A stretch of DNA of 64,000 nt from Podarcis bocagei (taxonomy: Eukaryota): the NCBI GenBank assembly GCA_964188305.1, contig OZ076900.1. One strand, written 5' to 3'. This document shows positions 42,596-54,095 of this stretch, piece by piece. Below the pieces are notes generated by a model. That model saw nothing but the letters and a program-made list of their open reading frames with translations. It made no database searches and had not been told where the DNA came from. How positions within the stretch are numbered: the first letter of the stretch is position 1; every line of letters starts with the position of its first letter. The position numbers were made by a program, and so were the translations under genes.

Positions 42596-43475
42596 ATAAT
42601 AATTTTTAAAATTGTAGCTACCGAGTTATTGTCATTAGGATCCTATGGACAACCGTTTGAAGCAGCTGCTTTCTCAAAATCTTCACAGTGTAAATGTGTG
42701 TGGGTGTACACAAGAAACTGTAATTACAGTACATAATGACTAATGTGTGTTTTTTTTAATAGGGAGGTTTTGCACAATACTTATTTATGATAATTTAAGT
42801 ATTTTATTGCTGTTTTGTTGATTGTTTTAAAGGTGTGGGGTGGAATCTGAGATTGTACTTTAATGGAAGCCTACAGCTTCTTAATATTTTTTGGATATTG
42901 CAATCTATGCCCACTAAGCAGCATATTGAGAGCACTCCTGTTCAAGACCTGAATATTTCTTTTGAAAAACACAGTGGAAATGGATATTGCCCTCACACTG
43001 CTTACAAAAAATATATGCCTTAATTCTCCCCCATTCGGAAACATAACTATGGACTAGCAATGTTTGCTCTTCTTCCTGTGGATTATTTTTAAAGAGTGTG
43101 CACACACACAGATGCAGTAATACCTTCCCATGCTCCAAGAATGGAAAAATATAGCGGAGGGGTGATTAAGATGAGAAGTATTCCCAAACAGCATGAATAT
43201 ATTCTGTCAAGCTCTTGCTACTGGTGTGGATGCCAAATGGCAGAAAAGCAATGAATATGAATATGAATGACTTAGAAACTGGAATGTGAGGACACTAGTG
43301 TCCCAGTCACCTGCACACAAAAATAGGATCCAAACAATCCATTTGTGCAATAACTCCCCTTGTTTGGAAGCAACCATAATCTGGCATTTGTTGTAAATAA
43401 TTTGCCAAGCTTGATTATAATTTTTTAAAATGTAGATGTACACTGAGTGATTTGAGAGACTGAAGTGTAACAGTA

Positions 43476-43714
43476 CAGTCATACCTCAAGTTACAGACGC
43501 TTCAGGTTGTGCGTTTTCAGGTTACGGATGTGCCGAACCCCGGAAGTACCGGAATGGGTTACATCCAGGTTTCGGCGCTCACCCATGTGCAGGAACACTA
43601 AATCACACTTTGCGCATAAGCGCCAAATCGCAACCTGCGCGTGCACAGATGTGGTGCTGCGGGTTGTGAACATGCCTCCTGCACGGATCAAGTTCGCCAC
43701 CCAAGTGTCCACTG
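43476..43714. mobile_element. Tigger-like MITE
   Basis: TA|CAGTCATACCTC ... GTGTCCACTG|TA; interior matches 40094-40318. Confidence 0.8.
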
Positions 43715-44199
43715 TACTTATTTTGCAGGCCCCTTGAAATGAAACTGGCTTGACCAGCTTCCTAGACCTGCAGTGATTCCCCTGCCTCCCACTCTCCCCT
43801 GCCTCCTGCCTAGGGATTTGCAATATGATGCATTGAAAAGAAAGCAGACTGGCTGGATTTATTTTTTAAAATGAAGCTGATTGGAGAGAAATTGAAACAA
43901 ATTGAAGTTGAATTGGACCGAGATAAATTGACCTGGGTGTTGGCCATTTTGAAAAGGGCCAAAGTTCAACAGAGAAACCGGAGTGAATTGAGGTGAAAGT
44001 GAATCAAGTTCTCGCAGCTGTTTATATTAAGAAATTAGGCAGATTAACAAAACCGCATTGTGGTATATGAATTGAGGCCGCGGACACGCAATATGCATCT
44101 TTATTTAAAAGGTGCACTTTTAATTCGAATCCCAAGTCGAAGTGGCACCGAAGGGAAGGGGGCATAGCTGTCAACTTTCGGATTTGAAAATAAGGGATC

Positions 44200-44930
44200 A
44201 GTAGCTTCACCTGTCCCGGGGACAGTCTACGGGATATCGAACCATCCGGGATAGCAGCGGGAAACGGCGCTGGAATAAGGGAATTTTCCGTAAAAAAAGG
44301 GAAGGTTGACAGCTATGGGAGGGGACGAGAGCGATAAAAAAGCTGCTCGGAGCGGGGAAGGTGGTTGCGTTTTGAGACCACGTGGGTAGGACCGGCTCGA
44401 GGCGGAGTGACGCAGAGCGAACGGGAGCTTCTCCTCTTCGCTCTTTCTCGCCCTCCGCCCTCGCCGCAGGCCAGGCCCCGCCCAGGGGGTGTGTTGGCCG
44501 CGCCTGTCAGTCGGCCCCGCCCTCGCCCTGGCAGGCAGGCGGGCGGGCGGGGTTTCCTTTTCCGAGCAGTGCTGTCCTGAGGAGGGAAGTGTAGCCTCGG
44601 CGGCGGCAGCGGCGTGCGTGGCTGTGGCGGCGGCGCCTCGGGAGAGCGCCCGGCTGCCGTCCGGCTCAGCTATGGCGCGGAGCTCGCTCTCCTCGCGCTT
44701 CCGCCGCCTCGACATCGATCAGTTCGACGAGAACCGCTTCGTGGAAGAGCCCGACGGCGCCGATGCGGGGAGCGGGGCCGGCGCGGCGGAGGCGGAGGGA
44801 GGAGCCGGCCCGGAGGTGGAGGCGGCGCTGCGGCAATATCCTTTCTCGGCCCGAGCGAGCGACCCCGGAGGCCCCTCGATGTCGCCCACCCTTGACTGGC
44901 AAGGCGCCCTTCCCGGGTTTCAGGCAGCGG
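44200..44930 (+). promoter_or_regulatory. ARPC5L: ARPC5L CpG island and promoter
   Basis: Very GC/CpG-rich with several GC boxes; spans exon 1. Confidence 0.75.
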
Positions 44931-47900
44931 GGTGGGGTGTGGGTGTCTGTCTGTCTGTCTTCCAACCCTCCCTAGAGATGCCGTTGGGGATTGAGCTGGA
45001 GACCTTTCGCGTGCAAAGCATGTGCTGTGCCACTCAGCTGTGGTCCACCCCCATTAGAGATAAAGTGAAATGCTAGTGCGGAATAAAGATGTGCTTTTAA
45101 ATACAGAGTCAGACCGTCGGTCCGCCTAGTTCAGTGTTGTCCGCACGGACTGGCAGCAGTTCTCTAATAGGGTTTGAGGCAGGGGGATCTCTCCCATCCT
45201 TACCTGGGGATGCTGTTGAGGGTCCAGCTAGGGCCCTTCTGCATGCAAAGCTAATGTTCTGTTGTTTGAGCAAGGACTGCTAAATAAAAAAGGAACTAGG
45301 AAGCTGCCTTATTATTTTTTCCCTGTGTGCCTTGGGCATTGCTTCTCTTCAGCCTCCCCCTATTCCCCCCCCCTTACCCGTACTCTTTTGGAGATCCCTT
45401 TGTTTTTGCCCACTTTTGTATCTGTGTGCCTCAATGCCTTCATTTCCTGCTACTCTCTCCCCAGTGTGCTTTGGGGCATTTCTCTGCTGCCCACCTTCCC
45501 CCCTCTTCTCCCATATGGGCCATTACTTCTCATCTCTATTCTCTTCCCTGCTCTGTTTCATGGGGCATTATTTTTAAACCCTTTTCTCCCCATGTGCCTG
45601 GGTGCTTTCATCTTTCCCACTTCTTCTCTTCCTCCTTCCCATTGTCTTTGTGTTAATCTGTGAGAAAACATTAATTTTATCCAGATCAGGGATTCTCCTT
45701 TAAGCGCAATGTGAATTGAGGGGGCACCTCATAATGTTTTTTACCATATAGGGGAAGGACTGTAGCTCAGTGGTAGTCTTTGGTTTGCATGCAAAGTGTC
45801 TGATATTTGCCCTCTGACATCTCTAGGTAGGACTAGGACGGAACCCAGTTTGAAATCCTGGATATCTGCTGCAAGTCAAGTGTGGACAGTACAGAGAATA
45901 ATGGACTCAGTAATGGGTACTGACTGTTTGAAGGCCACTGTGCTAGATTGTCCTCCTCTGCCTGATCTTTCCTTCCCTGATAGATTCTAAGGAGTTGGTT
46001 GTATCTCTTGTTGTAGCTGCTTTTATGGAGAAGGCACCATTCTTTTATTTCTCCCCCCTCCCTGGAATATTTCTGTCCACTTCACTGTTTATCATTCTCT
46101 CTCTTCGAGCAACTGTCACTGGGGAGGAATGTAGACTTTGCAAGATCAGGCAAGTGTGTAGTTAGCCATTTACCCTACTGTGAAACTCTGGAAAGCCTTG
46201 AGAAGATATTCATTCTCCTAAACACCTCATCTCTGACTTCCCCTTTTGGAATTGGCCTATCCTGTCAGAATTTGCTTCACATCGAAACACTGTCTCTCCT
46301 TTTGTCCAGTAAGATATATAGAGTTTCTATCCAGTGTTAGTGCTACACCCATTGAAATTAATGTGCATGTCACTCTCGGTTCATTCATTTCAGTGGGTCT
46401 GCTCTGAGCAGAACTTAGTTGTGCACAACCCTTAGCTTCCTACGATTTCATTTAGTGGGGGGAGGGAGTCCTTTACCTAGTACAATGGTACCTCAGGTTA
46501 CAGATACTTCAGGTTACAGACTCCGCCAAGCCAGAAATAGTACCTCGGGTTAATAACTTTGCTTCAGGATGAGAACAGAAATTGCGCCATGGGGGCAGCG
46601 GGAGGCCCCTTTAGCTAAAATGGCACTTCAGGTTAAGAACAGTTTCAGGTTAAGAACGGACCTCCAGAACGAATTAAGTTCTTAAACCGAGGTAACACAG
46701 TAATGGACTTCATAATAACCATATTTTTCTTCCATCAGAGGGTCTGGGTAGTCCTCAGGGGTGCTCATCCTTTTTTAAGAAGGCAGAGGTTGAAAAGGGA
46801 GGGGTATGGATGGAGCTGGCGTTTGAAAATTGCCAAGGGTAGGGTGAAGCAGCCTCTAGTGAAGGAACTGTCTTAAGGGTTGGTCCTTAGTGCCTGTAGC
46901 CTTCTGGAAGTTGCTTTACTTGTAGTGGTTGCTGATTGTAGCCATTCGTGTCTAGTCATTACAAGGAGAGGCAGCTTGGGTCTGGAAAATTGTGTGAATG
47001 ATCTGAGGAGCTTCAGATACCTGCAGAAACACTGTCTGAAAAATGGGTGTGTGGGGATCTGAACAGGCTCTGTTGGGGAAGGGTTATGAGTGTGTAGAGA
47101 GGCCAGGTGATGTTGCAGGGCAGGTCACCATGGTATGAGGTTAGCCCTACCCCGCGGCTTTCCACAGTGTGTAAGCAATTAAAAACATGCGTAAGGGTCG
47201 TGAGGCATGCTTCCGTCATGCATGGAATCAGGTTTGGCAAGAAGGCACTTGCCTTACTGGATATCTGAAGGGTGCTGGTGACAGGGGCGGGCTTGTTCGT
47301 GCCAGCCGGAATTGGCAAATGTGGCCCTGCCTGTGCCTAATGGTGAAATGGGAGCCTGTGCTTTCTGGAATGAGGAGCAGAAAGTCCAGTTCAGAGACCA
47401 ACAGGTCAGGAAGCTATTGCTTCTGTCATTTCCAGGAGAGAAAGAAAGATGTTAAAATAAGAATGTGTGCTTCTGCTCCAAAAAAAGATGTTGAAATGTA
47501 ACCAGAGCTGAATTGATGCAGCTCTGTCTTGGACAGTGCTTGCTGAGAGACTGAAATAATGTATTTAAAGTGTGACCTTGTACCGTCTGTAATATTCCAA
47601 GGAGGCCAGTGACAGCTGACGCACTACAAAAGACAGGAAAGGCCAGCATGTTACAGAATCAATAGTATTATCAGCTCTTTCGTGGGTTCAAGCAGTATAT
47701 TTGCTGCTGGGTTTGTCCTAGCTGCTTGCTTGCTTTTTCGCTCTCAGTAGTTGGCATGTGTATCTTACCAGCAAGAATAACCCCATAGATTCAGAAGTAT
47801 AAGCTTTATGAGATGAAGGGGATGTGACTCACAATGGCAGAATTATGAACAGAAGTGTTAAATGCTTTGAGATTCTCAAGATGAGATGCTTTGAAACAGT

Positions 47901-50900
47901 ATTGTTCATGCTTCTAATGATGACTCTCCCAGGTGTGGCACCTCTTGGCTTTCTCTGCCTTTTATCGCCTTTGCCATTGGATTTCCATAAGTTGTTCTCT
48001 TGGTTAAATGGAACACACTAGTCTCTGCACTTCAATATTGTTATTCTTTGCTGAGAGTAGGCTGTGCAGTTGGTAGAAGCATATTTCTGCTTGGCTGAAG
48101 GAAGTCCTGTGAACTCTGTATGAAAGCAATTTCCAGAGCTTGGGTTCCTGCTTTGGATAGGTGTCTTTTTAATTTTTAGGTAGCTGTTAGTTATGCCAGA
48201 GTCTGAAATCCAAAGTTAACTGCATCCTTGTATATAACAAGAATTACAAATCAACATGATTGTTTTTTCACTCCTTCTCATTTTGTTGTTTAAAGCTGTG
48301 GTTTACAAACTTATTTCTGGGATTCCAGGAGCCCCTCCACAAGATTAGTAATTTGGGGGTGGGGGTGCTTCCTGAAAGATTGGTTAACTAACAAACTATC
48401 TTCCCCTGCGATGTACAGCCTTAGGTTTTTGTGGGGCTACAGTGATGCAGTGCATGGTTACAGTGCAGTAACCTTTAGGATTATCTGCAATGCAAATGTA
48501 TTCTGCACCAGATATGAATGGGGTTCTTTTGCAGACAGATCTGCATGGAAGGTATTCCCTGTAGAGGTGTGAAGTTTGAAAAACATGGGTTTGCTGCCGG
48601 TGAGGGTAGTGTTGTAGTGTTTGAAATTAGCCAGCTGCATTTTGCACCTGCCTGTTGGCCACTTGCTACCTGACATCTTCACCATCTGGAGGTGCATGCC
48701 TGGGGATCATTGGCTCTTGACTGTTTTCACACACCAATACCACATCCTGTAGAATTCTATCAGTTATATTTTATCTGCACAATCAGAATGAATTTCAGGA
48801 ACCAAAATGCTTTTTCTGTGCAGCCTGAGCTAAAGCAGTGAACAATGTTATAATTATTTGTAGCTTGTCTTCACTTACCCCACCCCACTGCCCTGCTCAC
48901 AGTTGTGAAGAATATTCTTATGTTGTGAATGGTCCATATCACCATTAAGAATAGAGATAGGAATAGGCCAATGCATATGTTGACTGTCCCTGGATCAAGT
49001 GACTTTTCTTCTTTAAGTTCTCAAAGCTTTTAACCTAGCTCAAGGTTGTCCTCTAAACTAGCCAGATATTTAACTGATAATCAATCAATCATAGTCAGTC
49101 CAAAACTGAAAAATAAGACTTTCGAGATATCTTGCCCAAAAATGGCAACTAGACATTCCGTTTTGGAGACGGAAACCTTGGTTTAAGGAGCCATTTGGTG
49201 CCTAGTTTATATATTTGAGTTTCTAACACTAGGTGAGTGTTGTGGATGATTTAGAGTCTATTCTTCATCCCTTAGTGAATGAAACAAGACATTTTGGGTG
49301 CTGTTCTTCCAGGATTTGCCAAGTTGTGAAATCACCATTACTGGTGAATTAAATCAAACCATTGAGAGTTCATATGAAGGAAAAGAATATTCCACTCCCT
49401 GCTGTTTTCTCTATTCAATGAATGAATAGAGTTAAACTGGTATAAAGATGATCAGAATAACTCTGCTGCCAACCACCGAGGGACATAACCCAGATTGTTC
49501 CTTTTATTAAGAGGTCAATGCCTTTTAAATTTGAATTCTGTAACATACATAGGTCACACAGGCTTTTTCTGTGCTGCTAGCATATTTGGATGTCTTGTCT
49601 CATTTAGTCTGTACAAAAAATTCTTTACTGCTTACTGTAACCAGAGTTTTTCACTCCCACCCTTGCCTGCAAATTCATTTGCAGTGTATAACTTTGGTGA
49701 TTAGATTGAAGGAATTCCTAGTCTCCCAGCAAAACTGGTCTGTGTACTGGGATGTGACAGTGAATTAGAATTGTGGTGCTGAGGAGTAGGGTTGTGTATT
49801 TGCTATTTTAAAACCTTGAGTTTAATCTTCCAAACTGGTGTTCTGAAACCTGACCTTTAGCACCTTGCTCAAAATGTTTCTATGGTAGCTTTACTTGTTT
49901 TGTGAGAGACAATAGTACAAGAAAATTTGAAAGATCCTGTGTTGAGAAGAAACAGGTGTCGGGTAGTTGAGAAGATTGCATAGGTAGGCAGTGGGACTCA
50001 CCTTAGCAACTGCCTCATGCATATTGAGGAAATCACTTACCTTCTTGCTACTGTCTAGCTGCAAATGTTCTAGTTAGAAGCCTAAGACCAACTAAGAAGG
50101 TTGAGCAGTCTTCAGTTTCTTGTAGCTACTTTTAAATTTGGAGATGTGGTGTTCATGTGGGGTGCTGGGTATATTTGAGGAAAGTGAGTGTGTGCCCTAG
50201 TCCATCTCCCACCACCATTCAGCTGAATGGACATTTGAGACTGCTTCCATGAAAGGCAAAAAAAAAAAAAAAAAGCCTTAGTTGCTGTGTAGGCTGCTAC
50301 TTGCTCACTGGTTTCAAGGCTGGAAGTCCTCTTATAAGTGTGCCATCCATGAGACTGGTTGCAGGCTGTTTAGTTTTCTTTTTGTGTGTGTATGTGGTGG
50401 AAACATGTGTTTGTGTGTGTAGACAGGTCTTTGCAAGTTTAGCAGCCCTAATTCATTTTAGTGAAAGGTTTGAACTTTGTATGGGTTTAAATTCCTTGCA
50501 GCCACTGGTAACACCAGCTCGCTGCTGCTGTGAGTTCAGCCTTACTCATTTCAGTTAAGTAAAGACAACCATAAAAAATAAGGGGCGCTTTTAATCTTTA
50601 GTGTGTTTGTGGATATTTAATAATAAATGCAGCCTTTTTGTCTACTGTTCCCTTGGTGTCTTTTCTGATTCCTTGGTATCCTGGCAGCCGCATAAGTAGA
50701 ACATAATATTATTATCATTTTAAAGAAGGAGAAAGATTAACAAAATCAGATTTGTTGTAATAATGGGAGAGTTATACTGATAAGTTCCAAGGATGTCTGA
50801 GACATCAGGTTTCCTTGATCTGATGGCTCTGTCGCTTCTGCTTTGGATGATAAAGGGTTTCCTGTCAACTATAATGTGAAGTTTCTTTCAATAAGTGTAG

Positions 50901-53547
50901 AGGAGATTGACCTTGGCACGGGAGGAGGCCTTCCTTGCAATCAGTGACGCTTTGTGTGATGGAGATTCTAATGGACTCCTTGTGGAGTAATTTCAGGGCA
51001 ACAAAAAATGAAAGGCACTAAATAATGTTCATCGCATGGGAGAGGGGAGCAAGTTCTAATTTTGGAAGACTGGTTCCAGCTTCAATGTTTTTCCTTTATT
51101 TGCTTGATAAATGAAGTGCCTTGTGGGGCATCTTTGCCTGCCTCACACACACTCAACAGATGCCCATTTCTGTAACTGGTGAATTAGAGATTGTAGTGGC
51201 AGAAGCCAGGTTGTCAGCATTTCCTTTACTAGAGGGAATTGTAGGCTGCCTGGCAATGGTTGGGTTTCCTCAGGGTTGGTCAGTGCCCAAATTGATGTCC
51301 TTGGGTCTAGCTAATGTGTCACTGTGCAGCGAGTGCTGAGAGACCCTGGTTAAATTTCCAGGCCTGGTACAGGGTGCTGGTTTTGTGTGTGTTGTGTGGG
51401 TCAGCTCAGTTGCTTTAGTTCCTTGACTTATGTGGCTGCACAGGTGATATGCTCAGAGCTTTCCATGCGGCTTTACAGAATTCTCCTGTCAACACAAAGA
51501 ACCATGCAGCAAAGGTAAGTTGAATCCTGGAGAAAGTCATTGTTTTGATAATCAGAAATGCTTAGAATCTGGAGACCTTCTGGTTACAAACACTAGAATG
51601 TAAGTGCCTGTCTCCCTAATTGCTCACCAGTGCCTGGCTGGGGGCACCCCATTTTTTGTATTGCTCTTTTTTTAAAAAAACCACAAGCCATCAAAAATGT
51701 ATTACATAAACAAATTCCACATTGCCTTGAAGAGGAAGAACAAGAGTCATCTTAAATCCTTCAAGAGCAATCTTTCCAGAGATTGTGTTACAGTTACGCT
51801 TAGTTGTGGTAGTGTAAGTTAATGAAGTTACTCCGTATATCTTCATAAATGCCATCTTCCACCGCTTCCTGATGCCACAGCTCCAACGTATTGGGGGCAT
51901 GGTGCTTCCCAATGTCCTGCAACTACCCTTCCGCTTTTCTATCTCTAGATCTTCATTCACTGCCCTGTTGACCCCATAAGGTCAATAGTGACCCCTTTGG
52001 GAAAGACTGATCTAGTGTGCTTTTGGTAATATGAAAAGACTTGTTTCTGGATCCTGTCTTTGCTGTTAAGTGAGTTCCTGGGAAACAGCTGGTGTCGGTT
52101 GGGTTGTATTTGTGGTCTTATTCTTCTCTTGTTGCCTGTCTCTCCAGGAGCGGGCCCAGGAAGTGGTGCTGAAGGTTCTGACCTCCTTTAGAGGCAGCGA
52201 GATTGAGCAAGCTGTGAACTCCTTAGACAGCAACGGTATTGACTTGTTAATGAAGTACATTTATAAAGGATTTGAAAAGCCAACAGAAAATAGCAGTGCA
52301 ATACTACTCCAGTGGCATGAAAAGGTAGGTGATTTCTCTCCCAGCTTGGAGGTCCTAATCCATGTGGTTCAGCAGGTCGGGTCTATTTTTGAAGGGCCAG
52401 TGACCTGTCACTGCCCACCTGTAGAAAACACTCTTGCCTGCAAGAGGATGAGGATTGGGGCGAGGCAGGGGAGGGGCTCTTGAGAAGTGTAATCTATGGA
52501 GGGATGAAAATGCAACATACAAAATTAGAGTTGATGGCAAGAAAGACATAAATGTTGTACCAGCCTTTCTGTTAGTGACTTTTCCAGGGTTGGCAGTGCA
52601 GCGATACTCAATACTTGCCTCTCAAGAGGTGCAGATGTACCAGTGGGCGGGTTGGGGACGGACGACTTTTGTGTTCTCATGACAACATGAAACCTGTTTC
52701 TGCTTGCTTTCGTTTCCAATGGAAACGAAAGCTTATGCCCAAAGTGGGCTGATGTTGCGGGGATGGGGAGTGTGGAGTTTGTGAAATCAGATAGCTTAGA
52801 AAGAAGAGTTTCTGTGTGGCCTGCCAGGCTCAGAGCAGCAAGGTGTTTCCAAGAGAGGTTTGGTACAGTGCCTGGCTTGGGCACCATTGTTTGCACCACT
52901 CCACAGGGCTGTAAGTGCAAAGAAAAGAAGCCTGCCTTGTGCTGCGGTTTCTCACAGCTTCCAAGAGCAAATTCAGTCACCTGAGGGTAAGAAGCTGCAC
53001 CAGCCCAAAGCCATTACAACTGTAGGGTTATGGAGGCTAGCCTTGCTTATGGTTTCCCCATCCCATGTGCACAGAAGACTCGGAATGAAGACTAGCAGAA
53101 GCTCCCATCCTCAGCTATTCAAGCACAGCATTCTCCCTATCTTATTGCCTGGCCTGGGGTAAAGGGATTCATAGAGCCAAAGGGCTAACAATAGGGGGGA
53201 ATCAGTGAATTCCACATAAAAAGCAACATTAAAGTCAGCAGATGGGTTCTTCTCTCCCCCCCCCCACCTCAAAAAAGAAAAGAAAAAAGAAATAGCAAGA
53301 GAGATTGATATAGCCTGGTTAGTCAGCCCATGAAATTAACTGGTCTTACATGAAGAGGTGGTGGGCCTTTTTTTAGAGGTTCTGCAGATTGGGTGAGCAC
53401 AAATGCTTATCACTCACTGCCTCATTTGCTGGGGTGGACTTGAACTGGCCCATAAACTAACTTTTCTTTCTCTTCCTGTCGCAGGCATTAGCAGTAGGTG
53501 GCCTAGGCTCCATAGTCAGAGTCCTGACTGCACGAAAAACTGTTTAA
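44672..53547 (+). CDS. ARPC5L: Arp2/3 complex subunit 5-like, 158 aa, 4 exons
   Basis: Exons 44672-44835, 51442-51514, 52148-52324, 53485-53547 (477 nt). [23 protein letters not shown]...[23 protein letters not shown]...[47 protein letters not shown]. Tail-to-tail with GOLGA1. Confidence 0.96.
44836..51441 (+). other. ARPC5L: U12-type (minor spliceosome) AT-AC intron
   Basis: 5' splice site ATATCCTTT at 44836-44844, branch point TTCCTTGAC at 51419-51427, 3' end AC at 51440-51441. Splicing restores the CA|A Gln codon and the reading frame. Confidence 0.93.
46483..46700. mobile_element. Tigger-like MITE, same family as 20563 and 32141
   Basis: TA|CAATGGTACCTCAGGTTA ... AAACCGAGGTAACACAG|TA. 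Confidence 0.8.
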
Positions 53548-54089
53548 AAGACTTTATGTTCTCTGGAATTGACACCAAGAAAACTGTTGGAGTCAGGAAG
53601 AAGTACTGGCTACACCGATACTTTGGTCCACTATTCTAGGAACCACAATCTACTGAAATACTGTGTGTGTATGTGGCAGGCGGGGGTGTCCCTCCTTCCT
53701 CTCTTGGAACAGTGTCCTTTAACAGAGGTGGTGGTGGTGGGGCAGTTTTATGTATTCTTGTTTTCTGACTATCAAGGCAGGAGCTGGGAGGGGAATCTGT
53801 GTTGTGAAGGGAAGTGGGGGCAGCCCATTTGTGTGCAAGCACCTGCTTCCAGAACAGCTACTGCTCTAGCCAAGTGTGTGTGGGTGAGTGAGACATTAAT
53901 TTAAATTTAACAATTATTTGGGATTTTGGGATGGGGTGGGGAGCTGTTATGTCAGATGCAAAATGAGAATACCTTGTTTTGGGGGTTGGAAAAGGGTTTT
54001 ATTATGCAAGAGAGCTTTTTGTACATAGTTGAGACTAGGTGGGCTGAGTATGAAGTTGGTTTCATGTAAAGTGCCTGCTGCTCTTTCAA

Positions 54090-54095
54090 AATAAA
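54090..54095 (+). terminator. ARPC5L: ARPC5L poly(A) signal
   Basis: AATAAA about 540 nt after the stop codon. Confidence 0.55.

Noticed and set aside
44135-44155. AAGTGGCACCGA resembling the Cas9 tracrRNA 3' end
   Set aside because: A 12-nt match only, with no scaffold context; consistent with chance.
44970-45050. tRNA-Ala-like sequence (similar ones near 13140-13220, 30645-30700 and 45750-45830)
   Set aside because: Degenerate stems and boxes continuing into repeat body; these are SINE heads, not tRNA genes.
44489-45076. 195-aa ORF as an extended ARPC5L
   Set aside because: Starts at a non-ATG codon in the GC-rich leader and reads through the AT-AC donor at 44836 into the intron.
51691-51960. 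89-aa minus-strand ORF in ARPC5L intron 2
   Set aside because: At best a decayed L1-like cysteine-rich fragment; too degraded to call.
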